A stretch of 64,000 nt of DNA from Neocallimastix sp. 'constans' (GCA_050613775.1 JBODTK010000011.1:1426001-1490000), one strand, 5' to 3'; shown: positions 25,136-36,376, numbered from the stretch's first letter. The notes: a model not told the origin generated them from the letters alone. A program made the numbers and translations.

Positions 25136-25188
25136 GAAGCTATTGTTTTGTCATTGGGAGTGCTTCTGCTCCCATTTAGAAGTTTAAA
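25136..25188 (-). promoter_or_regulatory. -1 programmed ribosomal frameshift signal (U UUA AAC plus H-type pseudoknot), element 1
   Basis: Sense strand TTTAAAC (25188-25182), a 7-nt spacer, then TGGGAG/CTCCCA stem. Loop GAAGC is complementary to downstream GCTTC. pol is in the -1 frame with no stop in between. Confidence 0.88.
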
Positions 25189-26081
25189 GACTTTTTGGAA
25201 TATATTTCTTTTTTATTTTTTTCCATAATCTTATTTAATTGAGGGCAATAGTATGAGTAATGACCTTCTTCCTTACAGAAGAAGCAAGTTTTAACAGATA
25301 AATTTCTCATTTTCTGGGTTGATTCTTCTATAATATCTTGAGGTTTCAGTTTATTATTTGTTTGACTTGTTTGGAAAGTTTCGTTTCTTCTTTTAGGATA
25401 AAGTCTTGAAGTAGTACTGTTTTGATTATTTTGATTATGCTGGGAATTATTAACATTATAGGTATTAATATTATTGTTCCTTACAGAAAGTCTATCTACT
25501 TTCTCGGCAATTTTGAAAGCTTTCTCCATACTTATATCATCTTTAAGGGATAATTTCTTCCAGGCTTCATAATTATTTTGAATAGAGTCAATATAATCTA
25601 GTACACCAATGCGCTTTCTTCTCTTTTTATCAAGTTTAGTGTACAAAGTTCTATATCTTACATTAAAGTCTTTAATCTTTTCGTTTCTTTTAATTCGCAT
25701 TGCACGAAGTTCTTTAAGAAGTAAATTTTGGTCTTCTTTAATACCGTAAAAATTTTCAAGACTTGAAATAATTTTTTCAAGAGAAGGAAATTTATCATCA
25801 TCAACATTTTCTTCTTCATCATCTTCTTCTTCATCTGATGAATCATCACTTTCATCATCACTATCTTCTCCCAAATCTTCAATAACGCGTTGTACTTCAC
25901 CAGAGCTGGTAAGTAAACAAGCATTAAATATTGTTTCCGGATCTGTGATACCTTGTATCTTGATCCAAAGTTTTAATTCAGTAGCCCAGGACTTTATATC
26001 TAAATTGTCCTTGCTAAGCTTCACTATGTCTCGTAATTCTTTCTTTAATTCTTTAAAACTTAAAGTACTTTTAGTAGACAT
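25176..26081 (-). CDS. gag: Gag protein with CCHC zinc knuckle
   Basis: 301 aa with CFFCKEEGHYSYYC, located upstream of pol. Confidence 0.95.
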   Translation of the reverse strand: MSTKSTLSFKELKKELRDIVKLSKDNLDIKSWATELKLWIKIQGITDPETIFNACLLTSSGEVQRVIEDLGEDSDDESDDSSDEEEDDEEENVDDDKFPSLEKIISSLENFYGIKEDQNLLLKELRAMRIKRNEKIKDFNVRYRTLYTKLDKKRRKRIGVLDYIDSIQNNYEAWKKLSLKDDISMEKAFKIAEKVDRLSVRNNNINTYNVNNSQHNQNNQNSTTSRLYPKRRNETFQTSQTNNKLKPQDIIEESTQKMRNLSVKTCFFCKEEGHYSYYCPQLNKIMEKNKKEIYSKKSLNF

Positions 26082-26263
26082 TTCGTTTTTAGTTAATAAT
26101 TTTTTTATTGTAAATTAACGAGGTTATTAAATACGAATAAATTTGAAAGTCCAACTTTAAAAATATAATTTAACAAGTAATTTAATATCGAATCAAATTT
26201 TAAAACAATATATCTTAGTAATTTTTGAAAATAATAATTTTATTTGCTTTCTTTAGTAAGTAT

Positions 26264-26451
26264 AAGCTCGAAATCCTTATCGACAACTTAGTAGAAATTA
26301 TAAAGCACGAGGTTCTTTTCGACTACTTTTTTAAGAATAATTTTAAGTTCGAAATCTTTATCGACAACTTAATAGAATAATTTTAAGTTCGAAATCTTTA
26401 TCGACAACTCAATAGAATATTTTTCAAGCTCGAAACCTTTATCGACCACTT
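26264..26451. repeat. Five ~40-bp imperfectly palindromic tandem units in the 5' leader of element 1 (also ~34306-34493 in element 2)
   Basis: Core AAGTTCGAAATCTTTATCGACAACTT variants at 26264, 26303, 26345, 26385, 26426. Confidence 0.85.
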
Positions 26452-27456
26452 GAATTTTGTAATTTAGTATATTTGTAGTAATAAATTTAGAAGCAAAGTT
26501 TTATTTATTATTTTCACCTTTCAAAAATTTTTCTTTTTAAACGATAAATATTGTATTGTTATAGCTAATAAAATTATTAATTAATTATAATTATTAAATA
26601 CAAAAAAATAATCTTTATTGTCGTACAATCTGATAGTACACACTGTCTGACGTGCAGCTTACCTAATGGTGTCATGCCACGCGTGTGCCACGATTACTAT
26701 ATTCAATATAAAATATAGCAGTTCAGAGCCTACTAGCCCAATTACTATGTAGGATAAACTTAATCCAATAATCTATGTACGGAATAAAAAAAATTTTAAA
26801 AGTATTCAATAATATTTTTATTAACTAATAAAAATTAACTAAAAACACAATATTTTCAAGTAAATTAAGATTCTATTACAGGAATTATATAACAAATAAA
26901 GTACCAGTAATAAAAAAAAAAAAAAATAAAAAAAATTTAAATGGCGAAGTTAGCCAAAGTCTGATACTTTATATAATAAAGTGCCTTATAACTAGCACAA
27001 AGAAAAGTAAAAAAAATTATATAAAAAAAACAATCTTACGCCTTCGGTGACGTAAGCTCCTTATTCGCCAGTGCTTGGAAAGTACCCGCACCTTCGTGTG
27101 TTGAAACGTTGAAGGCTGAACTATTATTACCGGGTCGGTAACCAAATACCTTCGTCTACTTTCCAATTAATCTCCAAATTAACTACTATTCAATAACCTA
27201 CTATGAATAGAGTTAATTTGTTGCTATCTGAGAATACACTGTGTATGAGCTCTATCCGCTCCTTGTTATAATTTTACAAAATTTGTTTTTTTAGAATCTT
27301 AATTTTACTTATTTAAAAAAAATTTTTTTTATATATATATATCAAACAAGCGCCATGGGTTAATCAAAGGATTAACGACTTACTTGTTTATCAATATAAA
27401 ATAAAAAAAAAAAATTAAAAAAAAATCTATGTTATTTACTATTATTTCTATTTAAT

Positions 27457-27474
27457 TCCCCGATATCTCCACCA
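27457..27474 (-). promoter_or_regulatory. Primer-binding site, probably tRNA-Ala
   Basis: Sense TGGTGGAGATATCGGGGA lies 6 nt after the 5' LTR. Its complement TCCCCGATATCTCC-A-CCA has U70/A73 as in tRNA-Ala 3' ends. Confidence 0.85.
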
Positions 27475-27480
27475 TATAAA

Positions 27481-27802
27481 TGTTAAGGTTTTAGAGAATT
27501 AAATAAAAATAAAGTAAGAAACACAAATTTTATTTTTTTATTTATTATTTTTATTTATAAATTTATTTTATTTTATTTTATTTTATTTTATTTTATTTGA
27601 TGATATTTAAAAATTAGTAGCAAAATTTACAACTATTTATACTTTTTTTTCAAGGCATAAAAGTTGTTCTTGCCACTAAATTACATTTTATTATTATTTT
27701 TCTTTTTATATATGAAACTATTAAATTTAAATTGATTTTTATAATCAATTATATAAAATTTAATTATAACAATATAAATAAAATACATTTATAATATTAA
27801 TA

Positions 27803-27849
<47 letters not shown>

Positions 27850-28336
27850 CTATCTAAAATATTACTAATAAGAATTTATTTAATTGGCTAAAATTTTTAT
27901 TACAATCTGTTAAAATATTCAAATAAAAATAAAAATACTATTCTAATATAAAGGTTTTTAATAAAATAAAATATTTTTCAATATAAAATAAAACATTTCG
28001 ATATAAAATTTTATAATAAAAGTTAAAATATAATATATAAATTTTTAATTATCAATATATAAAAATATTATTAATACAAATTTTCATTATTAATATAAAA
28101 ATAAAAAAATAAGATTTATTATTAATATTGTTAATATAAGTTTTAAATATATAAAAATATTACTATTAATATAAGATTTAATATAAAAATTATAAAGTTT
28201 AATATAATTTTTGATCTAATTTTTAATCTTTGAATTTAAAAATTTATTAAAGTACAAAAATAATAATGTACACATAATGTATTAGAAATAAATCGTAGAT
28301 TTAATTAAGAATGCATTATTTAGTACATTCTTATCA
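27481..28336 (-). repeat. 5' LTR of element 1
   Basis: Direct repeat of 20304-21159, adjacent to the PBS. Confidence 0.95.
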
Positions 28337-28340
28337 TTTA

Positions 28341-28638
28341 TGTTAAGGTTTTAGAGAATTAAATAAAAATAAAGTAAGGAAACACAAATTTTATTTATTT
28401 ATTTATTATTTTTATTTATAAATTTATTTGATTTTATTTGATGATATTTAAAAATTAGTAGCAAAATTTACAACTATTTATACTTTTTTTCAAGGCATAA
28501 AAGTTGTTCTTGCCACTAAATTACATTTTATTTATTTTTTTTTTTAAAAACTATTAAATTTAAATTGATTTTTATAATTAATTATATAAAATTTAATTAT
28601 AACAATATAAATAAAATACATTTATAATATTAATAAAA

Positions 28639-28705
<67 letters not shown>

Positions 28706-29201
28706 TTATTTATTTAAAAATATCTAAAATATTACTAATAAGAATTTATTTAATTGGCTATAATTTTTATTACAATCTGTTAAAATATTCAAATAAAAAT
28801 AAAAATACTATTCTAATATAAAGGTTTTTAATAAAATAAAATATTTTTCAATATAAAATAAAACATTTCGATATAAAATTTTATAATAAAAAGTTAAAAT
28901 ATAATATATAAATTTTTAATTATCAATATATAAAAATATTATTAATATAAATTTTCATTATTAATATAAAAAAAATAAGATTTATTATTAATATTGCTAA
29001 TATAAGTTTTAAATATATAAAAATATTACTATTAATATAAGATTTAATATAAAAATATAAAGTTTAATATAATTTTTGATTTAATTTTTGATCTTTGGAT
29101 TTAAAAATTTATTAAAGTACAAAAATAATAATGTACACATAATGTATTAGAAATAAATCGTAGATTTAATTAAGAATGCATTATTTAGTACATTCTTATC
29201 A
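28341..29201 (-). repeat. 3' LTR of element 2
   Basis: TGTTAAG...CTTATCA. Matches 35515-36376 apart from poly-T length. Confidence 0.95.
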
Positions 29202-29219
29202 AGATGCCCCGACGAAGAC

Positions 29220-32200
29220 TCAAGCTTCTCTGTAAGCGGAGTTAAACTTTACTAAATTTTTAAAGTGAACATTCCTATCGAGTTGCTTTCCAGTCTTCTG
29301 ATCGATTAGGGTTGCCGTGTTGAATTGAATTTTTAAAATTTTAAATGGTCCATTGTAATATGGTTCTAGCTTAGTGCGGCTAAAGTTTCTAACAAGAACA
29401 AGATCACCAGCCTTTAATTCTTTTCCTTTTTTCATACTTATTTGTTCTTCTCGTCTTGTTGCCCAATACTTGTTAGCATTCTTCACATTTTCGCATGCTT
29501 CTCTAGTCCATTGATAATGACGAACAAATTTTTCCATTAAGATTTCATCATATGATTTACCTGCATTTTCAATTGTTCTTATGGCTATATCATAAGGCTG
29601 TTGGTCTTCTCTTCCATATAGTAATTCAAAACTAGAATGTCCAGTAGCTGTATTTTTGGTAGTTCGAAGTGCCCATAAAGCAGAAGGTAAAACTTCATCC
29701 CAATCTTGATTTTTCCTTCCTAATAAACGGAGTAATTTTCCAATTTCTTTATTTCGATTTTCAGTAAGGCCATTTGATTCAGGGTGGTAAGTAGCTACAA
29801 ATTTAACATATACATCATAAAGATCAAGAAAGATTTTAGTCATATCAGAAGTGAATTGGACTCCATTATCAGTAGTAATAACTTGAGGTACACCATGTCT
29901 TGCAAAAACGTTTATTAAAAATTTAATTATATCAGAGGAAGTTATGTTTTCAGTGGGTTCGGCTTCAACCCATTTGGTAAAGTAATCAACAGTTACTATA
30001 ATATATTGATTATTATTTCTTGTTTTTGGTAACGGTCCTATAATATCTAATCCTAAATGCACAAAGGGACCCTCCACTTTAGTTGGATGATTTTCGGTTG
30101 GTTCTGGATATGGTTGAGGATGATTTAACTGGCATTTTTCACAATTACTAACAATTCTTTTGATATCTTTAATCATATGATTCCAATAAAAGTTTTTCTT
30201 AAGTCTTTGATATGTTTTGTAATATCCTTCGTGGCCAATATTATGAGCTTCTAAAATTAATTTAAATTTTTCATTTTCATCCGTTATTAATTTTCTATAA
30301 TTTCCATTGTCGATAAAGTAATCTTCACCATCAATAACAGTAAACTTTTCATTAATAAATTCCTTTATAACTTTAGATAATAATTCTTCATTATTTCCAT
30401 TAGTAATTTTTGTTAATAATATCTTTCTCTCTTCCTTACTTTTCATTCTTGAAAGAGCATCAGCTAACACATTCTTTTTGCCTGATTCATATTTTATATT
30501 AATTCCAAGCATACTAGCGGTTAGACACCATCTTGTTTGCCTTGCATTCAAAGGTTCTTTATTCTTAAATAAACCAACTAATGGTTTATGATCTGTGTAA
30601 ATAGTTGTAGGTAATGGATTTCCTTCAATATAAGATTTAAATTTAGTCATACAGTAAAATAAAGCTGTTCCTTCCAAATCTGTGATACCATAATTCTTTT
30701 CAGCTTTCTTCAAACTTCTACTTATAAAGTGTATTGGATGCTCCTTACCGGTTTCTTCTTCTTTTTGTAAAAGAACTCCACCAATTCCATTATACGAAGC
30801 ATCAGTTCTAATGATAAAAGGTTTGTCAAATGACGGAAATTTTAGAATAGGTGCATTGATTAATTTTTCTTTTAGGAGTTCAAAGCTTTCTTGTTGTTCT
30901 TTATTCCATTCATATTTAGTATTCTTTTTCAATAATTTACATAAAGGTGAGGTAATTTGAGCATATTTAGGAATAAAGTCACGATAATATCCTACTGCTC
31001 CTAGAAATGATCTTAATTCATGAATTGATGAAGGGGCTTCCCACTTCTTAATAGCTGTTATTTTACTTTCCATGGGACTTAATCCTTTAGTAGTAAGTTT
31101 GTGACCTAATACATCAACTTCGGTTTGAAGAAAATGGCACTTTTCAATATTAATTTTTAACTTGTTTTCTTTAAATACTTCTAATACTTGTTTAATATGA
31201 ATTAAATGTTCTTCGATACTTTTTGAATAGATCAAAACATCATCAATAAATACATAAACAAATTCACCAATAAAAGGGAATAAAATTTTATTCATTTCTC
31301 TTTGGAAGGTTGAGGGAGCTCCAGTAAGTCCAAAAGGCATAACCTTAAATTGATAATTTCCAAACTTAGTAGTGAAAGTGGTTACTTCAACGCTTTCTTC
31401 ATCCATTAAGATTTGGTGAAAACCAGAAAATAAATCAAGAGTTGTAAATATTTTAGCTCCTCCGAGACTATCAAAAATTTCATCTATATATGGAACTGAA
31501 TAAGAATCTTTTTCTGTCATATCATTGACTTTTCGGTAGTCAATACACAAGCGCCACTTTCCATTGTGTTTTAGAATGAGTACTACTGGAGATGACCATT
31601 CTGAACAGGATGGTTCTATCAATCCTTTCTTAATAAGCTTTGTAAGTTCTTCTTTTAAGATATCTGATTTTAATTTAGTTAACCTATAACTTCTTAATTT
31701 TACTGGCTTTGCATTTGCTTTCAAACGGATCTTATGTGGTGAAAGTTTAGAAGGAGTTAGTTCTTCTGTTGAAGTGGCAACTATGTCAATCATTTCTTTG
31801 AGAATTTTAATAATTTGTTCTTTATAATCTTTATTTAAGGTACTTAAAAATTCATCACTCTCAATAAATTCCATTGGAGTTAATTCCTTTATAATTTCCT
31901 TTTCATTATTCGTTTCTTTAACTTTTCTAATAGTGCAAATTATACTTTCTTCATCATAATATTGATTATTTATTTTAGCTATTTCTTCGTATTCACTTTC
32001 TGACAAAAGTTTACATAAACTGTTTAAGGTCGGATGAATAAATAAACAATGATCGATTTGAGTTTTAAAGTTTATTAACATATCATAAAATGAGTCTTCT
32101 TTCTCAATAATTCTAAAGTCCGCATTAAATTCATAATTATTAATTTTTACTGGTAATTGAACAATAATTCCTTCCGAGTATTCTTCATCTTGTGTTGCTA

Positions 32201-33035
32201 GTTGGATTCTTCCACGACTTTTTCCAACTGTTTCATATTCACCAGGTAATTTATCAAAATACTGCTTAGTAACGATGCTTAGGTTACTACAAGAATCAAT
32301 TAAAAGTTTTCCTAGTACTCCGTCAACACTTGCATCAACCATTGCTAAGTCTTCTTCGGCTACTTCATTACTTTTACTTATGTAGCTATGATCATAGTTA
32401 TTCACTAATAAAGTTCGTGCTATTACATTGTCTACAGTTCCAATTATTTTAGATTTTTCTAACTTTAAACCTTGAGTTAATTGTGAACGAATTTTCGGAC
32501 ATGCATTCAAGAGTTGACCTATCGTAATACTGGATTTAAGATTATTTAAATCATCCATAATATTGTAAGGTTCTTTATTATTCATCATTTTGATATTCCT
32601 TTTTACTAACTGAGTATTTTCATTATTAGTTTCTTTAGTTTTTGTTGAAATTAATTTTTCCAAAGTATTAGTTTTATTTTGTTGATTATCTTTATTCATT
32701 TCTATATCTTCTATTTCATTATCGATTACAAGTATATCTTCAGATTCAACTTTTTTCTTTCCTTTTGATGAATAATTGTTGTTTTCTTCTTTACTTTCTC
32801 TTACTCTTGTTATATTTCTTAATTCCTTTTCTTTTTGTTTTTCTTTGTTAATATTTGGTTGAGTTAAAATTGAAGGAAGTATTTGATTTTTATAAACTTT
32901 ATTTGGTTTATTATGTAGCTCATTTTCTTTCTTCTTTCTTAAAGCAGGAGTTGCGAAAGGACGTGGATTATCTTTTAAACTTTTATGTACTTTCTTGGAA
33001 TTATTTTCTTCCTTTTCGCTGTTATTATCATTCAT
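29220..33035 (-). CDS. pol: Pol polyprotein of element 2
   Basis: 1271 aa, about 11 aa differences from element 1 Pol, all motifs intact. Confidence 0.97.
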   Translation of the reverse strand: MNDNNSEKEENNSKKVHKSLKDNPRPFATPALRKKKENELHNKPNKVYKNQILPSILTQPNINKEKQKEKELRNITRVRESKEENNNYSSKGKKKVESEDILVIDNEIEDIEMNKDNQQNKTNTLEKLISTKTKETNNENTQLVKRNIKMMNNKEPYNIMDDLNNLKSSITIGQLLNACPKIRSQLTQGLKLEKSKIIGTVDNVIARTLLVNNYDHSYISKSNEVAEEDLAMVDASVDGVLGKLLIDSCSNLSIVTKQYFDKLPGEYETVGKSRGRIQLATQDEEYSEGIIVQLPVKINNYEFNADFRIIEKEDSFYDMLINFKTQIDHCLFIHPTLNSLCKLLSESEYEEIAKINNQYYDEESIICTIRKVKETNNEKEIIKELTPMEFIESDEFLSTLNKDYKEQIIKILKEMIDIVATSTEELTPSKLSPHKIRLKANAKPVKLRSYRLTKLKSDILKEELTKLIKKGLIEPSCSEWSSPVVLILKHNGKWRLCIDYRKVNDMTEKDSYSVPYIDEIFDSLGGAKIFTTLDLFSGFHQILMDEESVEVTTFTTKFGNYQFKVMPFGLTGAPSTFQREMNKILFPFIGEFVYVFIDDVLIYSKSIEEHLIHIKQVLEVFKENKLKINIEKCHFLQTEVDVLGHKLTTKGLSPMESKITAIKKWEAPSSIHELRSFLGAVGYYRDFIPKYAQITSPLCKLLKKNTKYEWNKEQQESFELLKEKLINAPILKFPSFDKPFIIRTDASYNGIGGVLLQKEEETGKEHPIHFISRSLKKAEKNYGITDLEGTALFYCMTKFKSYIEGNPLPTTIYTDHKPLVGLFKNKEPLNARQTRWCLTASMLGINIKYESGKKNVLADALSRMKSKEERKILLTKITNGNNEELLSKVIKEFINEKFTVIDGEDYFIDNGNYRKLITDENEKFKLILEAHNIGHEGYYKTYQRLKKNFYWNHMIKDIKRIVSNCEKCQLNHPQPYPEPTENHPTKVEGPFVHLGLDIIGPLPKTRNNNQYIIVTVDYFTKWVEAEPTENITSSDIIKFLINVFARHGVPQVITTDNGVQFTSDMTKIFLDLYDVYVKFVATYHPESNGLTENRNKEIGKLLRLLGRKNQDWDEVLPSALWALRTTKNTATGHSSFELLYGREDQQPYDIAIRTIENAGKSYDEILMEKFVRHYQWTREACENVKNANKYWATRREEQISMKKGKELKAGDLVLVRNFSRTKLEPYYNGPFKILKIQFNTATLIDQKTGKQLDRNVHFKNLVKFNSAYREA

Positions 33036-33177
33036 TTTTCTTTTTATAGCATTTATAATGATATTATCCTCACTTTCAGTTGTGTCACTAAAATCAGATT
33101 CTTCAGATTCTTTATTAAAGGAATTATTATCAATTGGGGTATTCTTGGTAAAAGTATTATTTTGTAAATTATTTAAT

Positions 33178-33230
33178 GAAGCTATTGTTTTGTCATTGGG
33201 AGTGCTTCTGCTCCCATTTAGAAGTTTAAA
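33178..33230 (-). promoter_or_regulatory. -1 frameshift signal, element 2
   Basis: Same sequence as 25136-25188. Confidence 0.88.
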
Positions 33231-34123
33231 GACTTTTTGGAATATATTTCTTTTTTATTTTTTTCCATAATCTTATTTAATTGAGGGCAATAGTATGAGT
33301 AATGACCTTCTTCCTTACAGAAGAAGCAAGTTTTAACAGATAAATTTCTCATTTTCTGGGTTGATTCTTCTATAATATCTTGAGGTTTCAGTTTATTATT
33401 TGTTTGACTTGTTTGGAAAGTTTCGTTTCTTCTTTTAGGATAAAGTCTTGAAGTAGTACTGTTTTGATTATTTTGATTATGCTGGGAATTATTAACATTA
33501 TAGGTATTAATATTATTGTTCCTTACAGAAAGTCTATCTACTTTCTCGGCAATTTTGAAAGCTTTCTCCATACTTATATCATCTTTAAGGGATAATTTCT
33601 TCCAGGCTTCATAATTATTTTGAATAGAGTCAATATAATCTAGTACACCAATGCGCTTTCTTCTCTTTTTATCAAGTTTAGTGTACAAAGTTCTATATCT
33701 TACATTAAAGTCTTTAATCTTTTCGTTTCTTTTAATTCGCATTGCACGAAGTTCTTTAAGAAGTAAATTTTGGTCTTCTTTAATACCGTAAAAATTTTCA
33801 AGACTTGAAATAATTTTTTCAAGAGAAGGAAATTTATCATCATCAACATTTTCTTCTTCATCATCTTCTTCTTCATCTGATGAATCATCACTTTCATCAT
33901 CACTATCTTCTCCCAAATCTTCAATAACGCGTTGTACTTCACCAGAGCTGGTAAGTAAACAAGCATTAAATATTGTTTCCGGATCTGTGATACCTTGTAT
34001 CTTGATCCAAAGTTTTAATTCAGTAGCCCAGGACTTTATATCTAAATTGTCCTTGCTAAGCTTCACTATGTCTCGTAATTCTTTCTTTAATTCTTTAAAA
34101 CTTAAAGTACTTTTAGTAGACAT
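33218..34123 (-). CDS. gag: Gag protein of element 2
   Basis: Protein identical to element 1 Gag. Confidence 0.95.
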   Translation of the reverse strand: MSTKSTLSFKELKKELRDIVKLSKDNLDIKSWATELKLWIKIQGITDPETIFNACLLTSSGEVQRVIEDLGEDSDDESDDSSDEEEDDEEENVDDDKFPSLEKIISSLENFYGIKEDQNLLLKELRAMRIKRNEKIKDFNVRYRTLYTKLDKKRRKRIGVLDYIDSIQNNYEAWKKLSLKDDISMEKAFKIAEKVDRLSVRNNNINTYNVNNSQHNQNNQNSTTSRLYPKRRNETFQTSQTNNKLKPQDIIEESTQKMRNLSVKTCFFCKEEGHYSYYCPQLNKIMEKNKKEIYSKKSLNF

Positions 34124-35490
34124 TTCGTTTTTAGTTAATAATTTTTTTATTGTAAATTAACGAGGTTATTAAATACGAATAAATTTGAAAGTCCAACTTT
34201 AAAAATATAATTTAACAAGTAATTTAATATCGAATCAAATTTTAAAACAATATATCTTAGTAATTTTTGAAAATAATAATTTTATTTGCTTTCTTTAGTA
34301 AGTATAAGCTCGAAATCCTTATCGACAACTTAGTAGAAATTATAAAGCACGAGGTTCTTTTCGACTACTTTTTTAAGAATAATTTTAAGTTCGAAATCTT
34401 TATCGACAACTTAATAGAATAATTTTAAGTTCGAAATCTTTATCGACAACTTAATAGAATATTTTTCAAGCTCGAAATCTTTATCGACCACTTGAATTTT
34501 GTAATTTAGTATATTTGTAGTAATAAATTTAGAAGCAAAGTTTTATTTATTATTTTCACCTTTCAAAAATTTTTCTTTTTAAACGATAAATATTGTATTG
34601 TTATAGCTAATAAAATTATTAATTAATTATAATTATTAAATACAAAAAAAATAATCTTTATTGTCGTACAATCTGATAGTACACACTGTCTGACGTGCAG
34701 CTTACCTAATGGTGTCATGCCACGCGTGTGCCACGATTACTATATTCAATATAAAATATAGCAGTTCAGAGCCCACTAGCCCAATTACTATGTAGGATAA
34801 ACTTAATCCGATAATCTATGTACGGAATAAAAAAATTTTAAAAGTATTCAATAATATTTTTATTAACTAATAAAAATTAACTAAAAACACAATATTTTCA
34901 AAGTAAATTAAGATTCTATTACAGGAATTATATAACAAATAAAGTACCAGTAATAAAAAAAAATAAAAAAAATTTAAATGGCGAAGTTAGCCAAAGTCTG
35001 ATACTTTATATAATAAAGTGCCTTATAACTAGCACAAAGAAAAGTAAAAAAAATTATATAAAAAAAACAATCTTACGCCTTCGGTGACGTAAGCTCCTTA
35101 TTCGCCAGTGCTTGGAAAGTACCCGCACCTTCGTGTGTTGAAACGTTGAAGGTTGAACTATTATTACCGGGTCGGTAACCAAATACCTTCGTCTACTTTC
35201 CAATTAATCTCCAAATTAACTACTATTCAATAACCTACTATGAATAGAGTTAATTTGTTGCTATCTGAGAATACACTGTGTATGAGCTCTATCCGCTCCT
35301 TGTTATAATTTTACAAAATTTGTTTTTTTAGAATCTTAATTTTACTTATTTAAAAAAATTTTTTTTATATATATATATCAAACAAGCGCCATGGGTTAAT
35401 CAAAGGATTAACGACTTACTTGTTTATCAATATAAAATAAAAAAAAAATTAAAAAAAAATCTATGTTATTTACTATTATTTCTATTTAAT

Positions 35491-35508
35491 TCCCCGATAT
35501 CTCCACCA
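35491..35508 (-). promoter_or_regulatory. Primer-binding site (probably tRNA-Ala), element 2
   Basis: TCCCCGATATCTCCACCA, 6 nt from the LTR. Confidence 0.85.
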
Positions 35509-35514
35509 TATAAA

Positions 35515-35812
35515 TGTTAAGGTTTTAGAGAATTAAATAAAAATAAAGTAAGGAAACACAAATTTTATTTATTTATTTATTATTTTTATTTATAAATTTA
35601 TTTGATTTTATTTGATGATATTTAAAAATTAGTAGCAAAATTTACAACTATTTATACTTTTTTTCAAGGCATAAAAGTTGTTCTTGCCACTAAATTACAT
35701 TTTATTTATTTTTTTTTTTAAAAACTATTAAATTTAAATTGATTTTTATAATTAATTATATAAAATTTAATTATAACAATATAAATAAAATACATTTATA
35801 ATATTAATAAAA

Positions 35813-35880
<68 letters not shown>

Positions 35881-36376
35881 TTATTTATTTAAAAATATCT
35901 AAAATATTACTAATAAGAATTTATTTAATTGGCTATAATTTTTATTACAATCTGTTAAAATATTCAAATAAAAATAAAAATACTATTCTAATATAAAGGT
36001 TTTTAATAAAATAAAATATTTTTCAATATAAAATAAAACATTTCGATATAAAATTTTATAATAAAAAGTTAAAATATAATATATAAATTTTTAATTATCA
36101 ATATATAAAAATATTATTAATATAAATTTTCATTATTAATATAAAAAAAATAAGATTTATTATTAATATTGCTAATATAAGTTTTAAATATATAAAAATA
36201 TTACTATTAATATAAGATTTAATATAAAAATATAAAGTTTAATATAATTTTTGATTTAATTTTTGATCTTTGGATTTAAAAATTTATTAAAGTACAAAAA
36301 TAATAATGTACACATAATGTATTAGAAATAAATCGTAGATTTAATTAAGAATGCATTATTTAGTACATTCTTATCA
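35515..36376 (-). repeat. 5' LTR of element 2
   Basis: Direct repeat of 28341-29201. Confidence 0.95.

Larger units (their letters stand above)
20304..28336 (-). mobile_element. Full-length Ty3/gypsy LTR retrotransposon, element 1 (8033 bp, 4-bp TSD TTTA)
   Basis: Two 856-bp LTRs, a PBS, gag, and pol in PR-RT-RH-IN order. TTTA on both flanks. Confidence 0.97.
28341..36376 (-). mobile_element. Full-length Ty3/gypsy LTR retrotransposon, element 2 (8036 bp, TSD TTTA), same family as element 1
   Basis: Has its own LTR pair (861/862 bp), sharing variants absent from element 1 LTRs. Intact gag and pol. TTTA at 28337-28340 and 36377-36380. Confidence 0.97.

Noticed and set aside
25176..25178. Stop-codon readthrough between gag and pol
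   Set aside because: pol is in the -1 frame relative to gag, not the same frame.
26264..26451. CRISPR array
   Set aside because: Units are contiguous ~40-bp tandem repeats without unique spacers, inside a eukaryotic retrotransposon, and there are no cas genes.
27075..27166. Hammerhead ribozyme on the + strand (three stems, GAAAC and GTC present)
   Set aside because: The CUGANGA core is missing between stems I and II.
20304..36376. Elements 1 and 2 as a tandem duplication, shared-LTR dimer or assembly artefact
   Set aside because: There are four LTRs forming two distinct pairs, a TTTA TSD lies between LTR2 and LTR3, and the pol sequences differ.
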